A stretch of DNA of 62,464 nt, counting the filler, from an uncultured bacterium (GTDB lineage Bacteria > Hinthialibacterota > Hinthialibacteria > Hinthialibacterales > Hinthialibacteraceae): the NCBI GenBank assembly GCA_964449065.1. It is 15 parts of 15 records of this genome, joined end to end, with 100 filler letters (N's around TTAATTAATTAA, not from the genome) between each part and the next. Parts side by side here need not be neighbours in the genome. Positions count along the whole stretch, not along the records: positions 46,279 to 50,282 come from CAYVAZ010000415.1; positions 50,383 to 54,386 come from CAYVAZ010000416.1; positions 54,487 to 58,428 come from CAYVAZ010000417.1; positions 58,529 to 62,464 come from CAYVAZ010000418.1; 11 more parts are not named here. One strand, written 5' to 3'. The notes under the pieces were generated by a model, which did no database searches, was not told the DNA's origin, and saw nothing but the letters and a program-made list of their open reading frames with translations. Numbering within the stretch: the first letter of the stretch is position 1; every line of letters starts with the position of its first letter. Below are positions 47,651-58,803 of the stretch, in pieces. The position numbers were made by a program, and so were the translations under genes.

Positions 47651-50134
47651 TTATTGATTTTCTGGACATTCTGGTATTATATTTAATACTGAATTGGTAT
47701 TCATAGAAAATGGACCGTTTATAACTGTAAGATCTTTAGCCGATAATGTAATATTCGCATTTGAATTAATCGTTACGTTATCGCAGGTTATCGTATTCCA
47801 TGCATTATAAATGCCCATACCTGAGAGTGATTGGTTTTCAAAACTTAAAAACAATGCTGTTCCATTTAAATAGCCATTGCCGATTATAGTTGCATTACAA
47901 ATATCAGTTGTACCCGTCGTACTATGTATCCAGTTAATGCCATCAATTGATATAAAAGATCCTTCCTGGGTAGAAAAGGTACCCCCAGTGTCAACATTTA
48001 TAAGTCCTCCATTCTTTAATTTTAATTCCGAACCCGAACTAAGTATAAATGAACTATTTTCTGAAATCTTAAGTTCAGCATTGTCATTTATTTCAAAATA
48101 GGAATTATCATTACATTGAAGCACTGTTGCATCTGCAAAAACATAGTCCCCATTAAAAATAACTGGATTATTGGCTTTCACAGTTGATAATCCCTGTTCA
48201 AGGTTTACACTATTATTTGATTTAATTATGACCGATTCATTTAGTTCTATGGTTCCACACCAGCGAACATTTTGATTAATTTCGTAATCATCCCAACCTA
48301 TTTCTACCTTAAATATTTTACCACTTTCATTTTGAGAAACCTCCTCAAAACCAATCCTAAGTCCTGAAAGATATATTGTTCTTGTATTTCTGTCGTTGTC
48401 AACTGGATTCAGCTGTATATAACTACTGCTGCTTTTGTATAAAACTGAATGGTGGGTTAAGACATTTACTGATGCAGGATTTGTATCTATTTTGATCTGA
48501 TCGCCATCCTGAAATGAATCAAATTCATCACCCAGACTTGGTAATTTGTTATATAGAATGGAGTTTTTCTCCTTTATTGGAAAATCTAAATGATCATAAG
48601 AGGGTTCAATTACATTGGTTCCTCTGTTATTGATATAAATCTCTGTTTGATCATTTACTCCTGTTAGGGGATTTTCTTTTAAATACCTGATAATTGGTCT
48701 ATTTTGCCAATTAAAGCAATCTTTTTCATAACCGATGTGTTCAATATCATAGTTCCCTTCAGCACTCGCAATTTTTAAATTATCTTTCTCACTTGAAAAG
48801 AATACCTCAGTGCTATCGCTGCTTTCAAGTATATCACGACCAATTTGATAATAGCAATAAATTCCCGCTGTACCAGATGGTCTGCATGAACCAGGTAAAT
48901 TAGAGTACCTAAGCCACTCACGTTTGTTATTTTCTCCCACCTGGTGATTTTCAATCCACAAATATTGATTGGGTTCTTCACTTGTTCCAACATAAGGAAG
49001 TTTAATCCGAATTGCATCGCCATAAGATAAAAAATCTCTGAGATAATAGGTTCGAGTCCCTGAAAACGGAACAGAGATATCTGAATCAACTCCATTTGCA
49101 GCAATTGGATAGGCAATATTAGATGGGGACCGCCAATCCATTCTCCATCGATCATAACCATTACATGATATCAAGGATGTCCGTGAGCCCCCCATTAATC
49201 CAAAACCACTTTGAAGTCCCATGAAACTATTTATTATAGGATCTCCATAATGATTCCCACCAGAAGTATGAAATGAATTATTACCAAATAAGCAATGGGC
49301 AAATTCATGGTCAACAGATAAAGATACCCTAATATCTCCGTCACCAATACATTGATAGTTACCAACATCATAGGCATAAAAGGAAGCACCCATTTTTATT
49401 TTTTTACGTGGATAAGCAAAAACCCCATACCCGGAGCCACTATTTGCGGAACCATAATTAATACCCAAATCAGTATTTTTATAGGTGTTTCGAGTAATAA
49501 ATTGAATAAAATCAATCCTCCCGTTCGAATGAATAGTTTTTTCAACCCCAGGGCTCGTTGGTGTAAATGTATCAAAATCGGAAATAGTGTTATGATTAAA
49601 AACTGTTGACAGCCCTCCTTCTTCATTTATATATGAAATGGTCGAATCCATTAATTCCCGATATCCAAAATTTCTTTTGGTACTTCCGGTTATTTTGGAT
49701 TGTTTAATGTTAACAACTACAAAATCTCCCAGTAGAATTAAGTTTTCAAATGAAGCCTCACCAAACCTTCTTGTCATAGAACCTACAATATTTTGTGGTG
49801 AATAATTAACATCCATGAAATCAGTCAGGTAATTCGGAAGATTTTGGTTTATACTGTTATCAGTAGTCGGAATCCAGAAAGTTGATGTGGAACCAGCGCA
49901 GGGATCACTTGACGGATCCAGATCATAAATAATATTAACAAAAATGTTCAATACACGAAAATTACCACTCGTTGGGAATGCATATCCATTTTTACTTTTG
50001 TATATTGTGCCTGCCTTTAAATTACTATACCCTACATCATAATAAATTGAGTCCCAGATTTCTTCCCATTGGGATTGTAAATCAAGAGTTCCAATAAACC
50101 CATTGATGATGATTAATAAAATTAATCTTTTCAT
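47651..50134 (-). CDS. Secreted zincin metalloprotease-like protein (M6/InhA-like) with a beta-stack C-terminus
   Basis: Signal peptide; 'HEFAH' HExxH motif, 'FGLMG', 'YDRWRMDW', 'QYLWIENHQ'. Confidence 0.7.
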   Translation of the reverse strand: MKRLILLIIINGFIGTLDLQSQWEEIWDSIYYDVGYSNLKAGTIYKSKNGYAFPTSGNFRVLNIFVNIIYDLDPSSDPCAGSTSTFWIPTTDNSINQNLPNYLTDFMDVNYSPQNIVGSMTRRFGEASFENLILLGDFVVVNIKQSKITGSTKRNFGYRELMDSTISYINEEGGLSTVFNHNTISDFDTFTPTSPGVEKTIHSNGRIDFIQFITRNTYKNTDLGINYGSANSGSGYGVFAYPRKKIKMGASFYAYDVGNYQCIGDGDIRVSLSVDHEFAHCLFGNNSFHTSGGNHYGDPIINSFMGLQSGFGLMGGSRTSLISCNGYDRWRMDWRSPSNIAYPIAANGVDSDISVPFSGTRTYYLRDFLSYGDAIRIKLPYVGTSEEPNQYLWIENHQVGENNKREWLRYSNLPGSCRPSGTAGIYCYYQIGRDILESSDSTEVFFSSEKDNLKIASAEGNYDIEHIGYEKDCFNWQNRPIIRYLKENPLTGVNDQTEIYINNRGTNVIEPSYDHLDFPIKEKNSILYNKLPSLGDEFDSFQDGDQIKIDTNPASVNVLTHHSVLYKSSSSYIQLNPVDNDRNTRTIYLSGLRIGFEEVSQNESGKIFKVEIGWDDYEINQNVRWCGTIELNESVIIKSNNSVNLEQGLSTVKANNPVIFNGDYVFADATVLQCNDNSYFEINDNAELKISENSSFILSSGSELKLKNGGLINVDTGGTFSTQEGSFISIDGINWIHSTTGTTDICNATIIGNGYLNGTALFLSFENQSLSGMGIYNAWNTITCDNVTINSNANITLSAKDLTVINGPFSMNTNSVLNIIPECPENQ

Positions 50135-50200
50135 TATCTCTTCATTTTAAAATTATCCAGTAACATAGGTTATTCATAATAAAGTTTTATATGTGTTTAT

Positions 50201-50282
50201 TTAATCGGTTAATATCATCCGCTTAGAATCAATAAACTCATCGTCAATTACAAGGGAATAAACATACATCCCTTTGGTAAGC
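50201..50282 (-). CDS. C-terminus of a T9SS-sorted protein; 5'-truncated
   Basis: Translates 'LPKGMYVYSLVIDDEFIDSKRMILTD*'. Confidence 0.65.
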
Positions 50283-50516
50283 NNNNNNNNNNNNNNNNNN
50301 NNNNNNNNNNNNNNNNNNNNNNNNNNTTAATTAATTAANNNNNNNNNNNNNNNNNNNNNNNNNNNNNNNNNNNNNNNNNNNNCTGCCGTGATGGATGACT
50401 TGCTGTTTAATGTAAGGTAAGATGAGACTTGGTCTTGCCCGTAGGATCGACAAAAGCCGTATCCTGCCCATCAATTGCGCGTGAGCGTTGGGCACAAAAC
50501 AACCGTGCCGATGTTG

Positions 50517-50547
50517 CGTGACTCATCACTCATCACTCATCACTCCA
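50517..50547 (-). repeat. Heptamer tandem repeat (AGTGATG x3-4 on the coding strand) just after the glnB stop
   Basis: (CATCACT)3 on the plus strand. Confidence 0.75.
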
Positions 50548-50898
<351 letters not shown>

Positions 50899-50984
50899 TT
50901 ATTAGTGTTTAATGATTAGAGTTTAGTGATTAGAGTTTCGAAAAAAATTCTAAAACCTACTCGTTCCTTCTCTCACTCCTTTGT

Positions 50985-51635
50985 TTAATTTGCCGGCGGT
51001 AAATACAGTATTGAGCATGATGCCGGCAAATCGTCTTTGGTAATCATCACCTCACTGGATGAGGAGCGGCGCAAGGGGGATTTGTCTTGCAAAAACGTAT
51101 CGACCGGTTCAATCGGAAACCCGCATTTCTCGTTCTTAAAATGCATGGGAATACAGATTTTCGGATCGATCTGCCGCATCACTTCCGTTGCTTCCCGCGG
51201 ACCGATGGTAAAATGGCCGCCCACCGGAAGCATCAAAATATCCACACCGTTGATTTCCTTCAAATGTTCCTCTGTAAGAACATGCCCCAAATCGCCCGCG
51301 TGGCAAAAACGGATGCCATCGATCATAAACAAAACCATCTTGTTGGGGCCGCGGCTTTTGCCTTGTTCGTTGTCATGAAATGTATCGACGGTATCGAAAT
51401 CGATCCCGCGTGCCGAGCAGCCCGTTCGAATCTGAAGCGGTTGATTGGGCAGGCTGGAAATATCGGCGTGGTCTTCATGATCGTGCGTCATGAAGACCAT
51501 ATCCGCTTCTTCCCGAATCGGAGCGTAGGTTAAGCCGCCGCTGTAGGCGCCGGGTTTGTAAGGATCGCTCAATACCGAAGTGCCGTCATCGGCAACAAAC
51601 AAGAATGAAGAATGGCCTAAGAATTTTATTTTCAT
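50985..51635 (-). CDS. MBL-fold metallo-hydrolase
   Basis: 'FLGHSSF', 'THDHEDH', 'HAGDLGH', 'IPMHF'. Confidence 0.9.
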   Translation of the reverse strand: MKIKFLGHSSFLFVADDGTSVLSDPYKPGAYSGGLTYAPIREEADMVFMTHDHEDHADISSLPNQPLQIRTGCSARGIDFDTVDTFHDNEQGKSRGPNKMVLFMIDGIRFCHAGDLGHVLTEEHLKEINGVDILMLPVGGHFTIGPREATEVMRQIDPKICIPMHFKNEKCGFPIEPVDTFLQDKSPLRRSSSSEVMITKDDLPASCSILYLPPAN

Positions 51636-51824
51636 CGCTTACACTATTATACCTAAAGATAATCTGTGATTCAAAATTCCGCCCCCGATAGAATGAAAAT
51701 GGTTGGGTGTTGGAGAACAATCTTTCTGTTCAGTGTACCAAGGGTTTTCATTGGTGGTCATACCGCCTCTGTCCTTCGGACACCTCCCCCCCACCGCGCT
51801 TGGGGGGGAGAAATAACCCCTCAG

Positions 51825-52796
<972 letters not shown>

Positions 52797-52890
52797 TCAT
52801 ACCCAAGGTATAATTGTATCAGTCCATATTTTCTATGATAGCCTTGCTGAATTCCGATATATCACTGAAACGTGCAAGAACTTTTCGGGT

Positions 52891-53314
52891 TTATCTTTTC
52901 AACAATTCCTTCATTTCATGTATCAAAAAAGGTAAATTGGGCTGATCGAAATGAATATTGGATACAGGAATTCGATTATGTTTTATATTCGGCGGTATAT
53001 GCTTGTGGTATGGAAAAGTACCGGCAAGTTTTGGATCGTTTGGATAAAGATGGGTGTCATACCATGCGATTATTTTCATCATAATGCCACATTTCATCAC
53101 CGTAACTTTCAATGACTACTTGATTATTATCAAATGAAAGACGCTCCTTCACTGTAATCCAAAACGCTTTTTCAAAAGTGATCTCACCCTGCACAATTGC
53201 CGTCCGTTTACCGCGTTGGACAATAATCACTGTTGAACTTTTAATGGAAGAATGCCGTTCTTTGAGCGTGCAAATGAATTCTTCATAATTATGAAACGAC
53301 TGAAATGGATTCAT
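52891..53314 (-). pseudogene. DUF6516/TumE-like toxin, split by a frameshift near 53060-53075
   Basis: N-part ends '...VIESYGDEMW' and a second frame carries 'IAWYDTH...PNDPKL...PYHKHIPP'. Confidence 0.7.
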
Positions 53315-53585
53315 GACGAGCGGTTCTTTCGATCACATGGATTAAATCGTTCGACTGATTACGCAATTCTTCAACTAATTTGTGGTATTGTTCTTAACGG
53401 CGAAGCCATATTTTACAGGCTCCTGCCCAATCAGCCCAATCCAATAACCAAGCATCGTCTTCCGGTTCCTCTCCATTCATGTACGATTCATAAAACGTTT
53501 CGGAAAGCACACCATATTTACGTTCGTAAGATTCTAAATCGTCTCGTAATGTATGAATTTCCACGATAATTTCTTGTAAAGTCAT
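53289..53585 (-). pseudogene. Cognate antitoxin with a premature stop at 53394-53396
   Basis: 'LESYERKYGVLSETFY...DWADW...RR*EQYHKLVEE...'; the frame continues and overlaps the toxin start. Confidence 0.65.
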
Positions 53586-53677
53586 CCTACAAACTCATGA
53601 AAATATCTCACAAAGTTCTCAATGCAATAGTAAGTTCACTAAAACAATATGCAAGCGGATATATTGGTTTCTTTATT

Positions 53678-54163
53678 TTACGTATAAAAGATCAACGCTA
53701 TACCAACTCCCATTGACAATAAACCGAACAGACTCATGGGGAGGACCAGTTTCCAGGGAACGCCCGGCTCAAGGCAGGCACGGGCAGGATCATTTGGATC
53801 ATAAAACACCAGCACGTTTTTGCCTTCTGGATATTTGTTAATGACGTTTTGAGCCTGCCATTCGGTCAGATAGGATATCCTGCCCGAAAAAAGGGCTTTC
53901 ACTTTTGTCCCCGTGAATTCTTTCCCTTGAACGGAGTACGGATACTCAATTTTGGGATAATATCGTTTTTGCTTATAATAACTTGCTCCCTTTGAAGAAG
54001 GGGAAAGGGTTTTTTGCTCTTTCACTTCAATACGGCTGGCAATCACGCGTCCGCTTACGGTAGGCCAATGGGTTGTGCGTGTGGCTGAAAGTGCCGCACT
54101 GACACCCCACAGAATCAAAAGCGCGCCCACAATGACGAACAAGATTCCCATTACCGCTGCCAT
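53678..54163 (-). CDS. DUF3592 membrane protein
   Basis: TM, 'WPTVSGRVIAS', 'YSVQGKEF', 'VFYDPNDP', TM; GAGG RBS. Confidence 0.85.
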   Translation of the reverse strand: MAAVMGILFVIVGALLILWGVSAALSATRTTHWPTVSGRVIASRIEVKEQKTLSPSSKGASYYKQKRYYPKIEYPYSVQGKEFTGTKVKALFSGRISYLTEWQAQNVINKYPEGKNVLVFYDPNDPARACLEPGVPWKLVLPMSLFGLLSMGVGIALIFYT

Positions 54164-54547
54164 GGGATACACCTCTTTAATCCTATGGTATGAGTGAATT
54201 TCAGAATCAAAAAGCCGGGTAGCACCGGGTTCTAACCAGTGCGCCAAGGTGGTAATACCGATTGGAAGCCGATTCTGCCCGATACGAAAATTCTTGTTGC
54301 GATTGCCTGATTTCAGTAGATTAGTTCTGGAAGGTTTAAATCTAGTACCCTGTCAATCAAAAAATGACGGCTGGCTATCCGTTGTTNNNNNNNNNNNNNN
54401 NNNNNNNNNNNNNNNNNNNNNNNNNNNNNNTTAATTAATTAANNNNNNNNNNNNNNNNNNNNNNNNNNNNNNNNNNNNNNNNNNNNGTTTAAATCATTCA
54501 GGGAAATCTTTGACTCAAGATGATTTGTGTACGGAGAGTAGCCTAAT

Positions 54548-54628
54548 GGTGGGAGGGGTTAGGGGAAGGTTTGAAGCACTGAGCGTTTAACCCCCACCAA
54601 GCCTCCCCCATTGCATTGGGGGAGGAAT
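54548..54628. repeat. REP-like hairpin cluster
   Basis: CCTCCCCCA-TTGCAT-TGGGGGAGG plus a G-rich inverted partner; similar to 8675-8712. Confidence 0.6.
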
Positions 54629-54711
54629 GAGAAAATCGATTCGATTTTTTGTCTTGACATTGGGGTACACTTCATATCGCTGACCTATTACAAAAATTTT
54701 AAGCTGAATTT

Positions 54712-55350
54712 TTAAGCCGGCTGCCCCAGCCGTTTCGCGATCACATCCAACAGGCGGTTGACATCCAGCGGTTTGGCGATGAAATCGGTCATTCCAAACT
54801 GAACAGCTTCCTTTACATAGTTTTCGGTCGGGTTGCCCGTCATAATAATCACGGGAGTCGTCGTATCGATCTGCCGGATTTTTTCCAGCGCTTCCAGGCC
54901 GTTCATCCCTTTCATTTCGATATCCGATATCACAATATCAGGGCGTTCCCGGTCAAAAATCTCAACCGCTTCATAGCCGTTTTCGGCCTCAAAAAACTGT
55001 CCGTATCCTGCGTTTGAAAGTGTGCTGCGAATCAAATCACGAATAAATTTGACATTATCAACAATTAACAGTTTGACGGCGGCTTTCGATTTCATTCCCG
55101 AAGCGGAAGGGGCGGCAGCACTGACGTCTGAAGCCTTTGGCTTTTGGTCAATAAAGCTCAACGGATTTTGCACCGGGTCCAGCCCCATCTTGTGCGTCCA
55201 TTTGTTGACCGTCTCTTGAAACGTTTCCTGATCGATGATGCCCGTTTCAATCAAATGTTCGACCAACGCCTGCTGTATTGCCAATTGATATTGCGCGTCC
55301 TTGCTGTCATTCGCCATAGCCATTCTCCAACCCATGCGGTAATACATCAT
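54712..55350 (-). CDS. CheY-like response regulator with an N-terminal extension
   Basis: 'LLIVDN', 'EAENG', 'PDIVISDIEM', 'IIMTG', 'DFIAKP'. Confidence 0.88.
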   Translation of the reverse strand: MMYYRMGWRMAMANDSKDAQYQLAIQQALVEHLIETGIIDQETFQETVNKWTHKMGLDPVQNPLSFIDQKPKASDVSAAAPSASGMKSKAAVKLLIVDNVKFIRDLIRSTLSNAGYGQFFEAENGYEAVEIFDRERPDIVISDIEMKGMNGLEALEKIRQIDTTTPVIIMTGNPTENYVKEAVQFGMTDFIAKPLDVNRLLDVIAKRLGQPA

Positions 55351-55400
55351 AGTCTGAACTGCAATGGATGCATCTTAGCAACGGGTTTTGTCTCTGCAAA

Positions 55401-56729
55401 TTAAATAATCTTCGGCAGCGTCCACGGGTCACGCATCGGGCGCGACAGCATCCAATTCGCCGGGGGATCATCCGCAAACTCTTCCCGCTCAGGATCCCAT
55501 CGCAAACGTCTCTTTAACTGCATCGATATGTGACCGATATGCGCGATGGTAATCGTGCGGTGCCCCACTTCCGCCGGGGCATAACAAGGCTTGCGGCTTT
55601 TCACGCAATCCAAAAAGTTGCGCTGCTCGCCTTCCGCGCAGGTATATAGCCGGATCTTCAAATCCTCTTCCGCTGTCTTCAGGATGTCTTCCGAACTAGC
55701 CGTGGGTTTCGCCCTCCAGCCGTCGTTAGCGATCCAGCCATCCGTGCCAATAAATTTCAGCGATGGATTTTTGGATTTCACCACCATCTTCACACCATCT
55801 TCATACCGGTAATGTACCTCAAACGCATGAGCCACATCATACAACCCTTCATCCGGAAACTCGCCGACACCATCCACTTCCACCGGACCGGTATATTCCG
55901 TGCCATGTCCCCATTGCGCCAAATCGATCATGTGGGCGCCCCAGTCGGTAATCTGCCCGCCCGAATAATCCAAGATCCAGCGGAAATTCCAATGGCAGCG
56001 CGCTTCACTGTAGGGGCGTTCCGGTGCCTGCCCCAGCCACATATCATAATCAAAGCCTTTCGGCGGCTCGGTGATTGTAAGGCTTTTCTCCCGAATGCTG
56101 GGTTTCCCCGGCAATCCCACATGAATCTCTTGCAACTTGCCGATGCGCCCGTTGCGCACCAACTCGCACATCCGCAAGTAGTGCGCATCCGAACGGTTCT
56201 CCGTAGCGGTTTGAAAAACGCGGCCGGTGATCTTCATCGCGTCCGCCAACGCCCTGCCTTCTTCCACCGTTAGCGAAATCGGCTTTTCACACATAACATC
56301 CTTACCGGCCTGCGCCGCCAGAATCGATGGAATGACATGCCAGTGATCCGGTGTGGCGTTCATAATGGCGTCGATATCATCTCTGGCGATGACGTCGCGA
56401 AAGTCGTTGTAATCATCACAGCCCTTATACGTTTTCCCGATTGTCTCCGCATAACGTGTCTCTATGAGTTGCTTGGCTTCCAACCGTCTGGCACGGTCTA
56501 CATCGCACACCGCCACAATCCGGCAGTCCGGTTCCGGTATAAAGCGTTTGATGTTCCGGTTTATGCCGTGATCGCCGGTGCCGATAATCCCAAGTGTAAT
56601 CTGATCGCTGGGCGGCACTTGGCCCTGACCGAGTACAGTCGAAGGGACAATCATGAACGATGACACGGCTGTCAGTTGATGTAAAAACACGCGGCGTGAT
56701 GAGGTGTACATTTCCAATCCCCTTATCAT
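55401..56729 (-). CDS. Gfo/Idh/MocA oxidoreductase, Tat-exported
   Basis: 'SRRVFL', 'ATPDHWH', 'CEKP', 'DWGAHMID'. Confidence 0.92.
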   Translation of the reverse strand: MIRGLEMYTSSRRVFLHQLTAVSSFMIVPSTVLGQGQVPPSDQITLGIIGTGDHGINRNIKRFIPEPDCRIVAVCDVDRARRLEAKQLIETRYAETIGKTYKGCDDYNDFRDVIARDDIDAIMNATPDHWHVIPSILAAQAGKDVMCEKPISLTVEEGRALADAMKITGRVFQTATENRSDAHYLRMCELVRNGRIGKLQEIHVGLPGKPSIREKSLTITEPPKGFDYDMWLGQAPERPYSEARCHWNFRWILDYSGGQITDWGAHMIDLAQWGHGTEYTGPVEVDGVGEFPDEGLYDVAHAFEVHYRYEDGVKMVVKSKNPSLKFIGTDGWIANDGWRAKPTASSEDILKTAEEDLKIRLYTCAEGEQRNFLDCVKSRKPCYAPAEVGHRTITIAHIGHISMQLKRRLRWDPEREEFADDPPANWMLSRPMRDPWTLPKII

Positions 56730-56855
56730 ATTGATATAATCTCTCTATCAGTTTACGCCAATCAACATGAAACCTCAATCATATCACCGCGTTCCCTCTA
56801 TTGATTATTGCCCCAATTCTGATAGGTTGTAGCCATCTTGTATGGGGGGATATCA

Positions 56856-58220
56856 ATGAAACGCAGATCATTCTTACAGGCTGGTGCGCTCACTTCCGCG
56901 GCATTCTTGGGGGGATGCGCATCCATCCAAACCACATCCACACACAAGAAACCCAACATCATTTTCATCATGGCGGATGACCAAGGGTACAATGATTTGG
57001 GCTGCTTCGGCTCACCCAAAATCGCGACACCGCACATAGACAGCATGGCCCAAAACGGGATGCGCTTTACCGATTTTTACTCATCCGCGCCGATGTGCTC
57101 ACCAACACGCGCATCGCTGATGACCGGCTGCTTTGCCCCGCGTGTGGGGCTGGGCAACGGCGTCTTGTTCCCCAACTCGAATATCGGCATCAATCCAAAT
57201 GAAGTTACCATCGCCGAACTGCTGAAGCAGCAGGGTTACCGTACGGCCTGTATCGGCAAATGGCATTTGGGGCATCATCATCCGTTCCTCCCCATGCAGC
57301 ACGGCTTCGATCAATACTTCGGCATCCCCTACAGCAACGATATGCAAACCGGCGGCGGTCTCGATCTCATGCGCGGCAACGAGATCATCGAAACCGATAC
57401 CGATCAATCCCAACTCACACCGCGTTATACCGATGAGGCCATCGCGTTTATCAACCAAAACAAGGATCAACCCTTCTTCTTATATCTACCTCATACCTTC
57501 CCGCATTTACCCTGGTATGCCTCCGAACGCTTCCGGGGAAAATCCGAGCACGGATTATACGGCGATATGATCGAAGAAATCGATTGGAGCACCGGCGAAA
57601 TCCTACGCGCAATAGAAGAACTTGGCCTTGATGAAAACACACTGATTATCTACACCTCCGACAACGGCCCGCGCCTGCGCGAAGGCGGCGGCAGCGCTGA
57701 ACCCTTCAATGGGGAAAAAGGCGAGACCTACGAAGGCGGCGTGCGTGTCCCCACCGTCATGCAATGGAAAGGAACAATTCCGGAAGGATCAGAATGCGGT
57801 GAGATCGCCTGTTCCGCGGATATCTTGCCGACGCTTGCCTACTTTACCGGAGCCCAATTGCCGTTGGACCGGAAACTGGATGGAGTGAATCTCGCAACCC
57901 TCATGCGGAGATTGCCCTATAAAGAACCCCCGCGCAACGCGTTTTACTATTACAACTCACACTGGCGCACGGGCTCCCCTTGCCGGTTGGAAGCCATTCG
58001 ATTCGGCGATTGGAAGTATCACTTTGCGGTGGAAAAGATCCGCTTTAAAAACCGGGACAACTATGTGCCGCATGAAGAACTTTATCACCTCGGCCATGAT
58101 ATCGGCGAGCAAAACAATCTCATTGATCAACATAGGGATATCGCAGACAGTTTAAGGAACCTGGGTTTGCAGCACCAACGAGAACTTACGCTAAACGCCC
58201 GTCCGCCTGGAAGACTTTAA
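56856..58220 (+). CDS. Cys-type arylsulfatase, Tat-exported
   Basis: 'KRRSFL', 'PNIIFIMADD', 'CSPTRA', 'GKWHLG', 'TSDNGP'. Confidence 0.95.
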   Translation: MKRRSFLQAGALTSAAFLGGCASIQTTSTHKKPNIIFIMADDQGYNDLGCFGSPKIATPHIDSMAQNGMRFTDFYSSAPMCSPTRASLMTGCFAPRVGLGNGVLFPNSNIGINPNEVTIAELLKQQGYRTACIGKWHLGHHHPFLPMQHGFDQYFGIPYSNDMQTGGGLDLMRGNEIIETDTDQSQLTPRYTDEAIAFINQNKDQPFFLYLPHTFPHLPWYASERFRGKSEHGLYGDMIEEIDWSTGEILRAIEELGLDENTLIIYTSDNGPRLREGGGSAEPFNGEKGETYEGGVRVPTVMQWKGTIPEGSECGEIACSADILPTLAYFTGAQLPLDRKLDGVNLATLMRRLPYKEPPRNAFYYYNSHWRTGSPCRLEAIRFGDWKYHFAVEKIRFKNRDNYVPHEELYHLGHDIGEQNNLIDQHRDIADSLRNLGLQHQRELTLNARPPGRL

Positions 58221-58428
58221 TCCGCATACGCCTCCCATCCCTCCACATGCGAGGTCGGCAGCTGGCTGGGGAAGACGTAGACGGTGCCATTCACAGTGGC
58301 GATGTAAAGCGTTTCATCATCATTCGAAAACGTGGCGGCCAGCATCAAGTTGAAGTTTGAGGAAAAGTTAATGCTCCTTTCCAAATGTGTTGTACTACCT
58401 ATATTGCTGAGCATTTCTTTGTCAAAAG
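58217..58428 (-). CDS. C-terminus of a beta-propeller-like protein ending 'PTSHVEGWEAYAD'; 5'-truncated
   Basis: 'FSNDDETLYIATVNGTVYVF' blade followed by an S-x-V-x-x-W-x-x-Y tail. Confidence 0.6.
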
Positions 58429-58528
58429 NNNNNNNNNNNNNNNNNNNNNNNNNNNNNNNNNNNNNNNNNNNNTTAATTAATTAANNNNNNNNNNNNNNNN
58501 NNNNNNNNNNNNNNNNNNNNNNNNNNNN

Positions 58529-58624
58529 ATCTCCATGAGTCATACATCCTGGTAATTCAGGGACCTCAGAAATAAATATTTGATCAACTTCACTCCAATA
58601 AATGATCATTTCATATTTGAGCAT
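58529..58624 (-). CDS. hicB: HicB antitoxin; 3'-truncated by the contig end
   Basis: Translates 'MLKYEMIIYWSEVDQIFISEVPELPGCMTHGD'; not in the ORF track. Confidence 0.85.
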
Positions 58625-58625
58625 T

Positions 58626-58718
58626 TTAAGTACCTATAAATGTATATTTGAGTAAGTTATCTCGAACTTGTTTTACTTGATACGATTTTGCGTGAGAACC
58701 TTCCCTTTGAAACAAGTG
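58626..58718 (-). pseudogene. hicA: HicA toxin C-terminal remnant
   Basis: 'FQREGSHAKSYQVKQVRDNLLKY' matches the HicA 'AKxYQVKQV' tail; the 5' part is replaced by a REP-like repeat. Confidence 0.7.
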
Positions 58719-58721
58719 CAA

Positions 58722-58775
58722 GGTGGGCTCAAAACGAAACATGGCCCACCATAATCATCTCTGCTCACTCGATTT
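58722..58775. repeat. REP-like element (GGTGGGC...GCCCACC)
   Basis: Homologous to the reverse complement of about 21770-21823. Confidence 0.7.
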
Positions 58776-58803
58776 TAACAAACTTTCTCATTGTAACTTG
58801 GTA

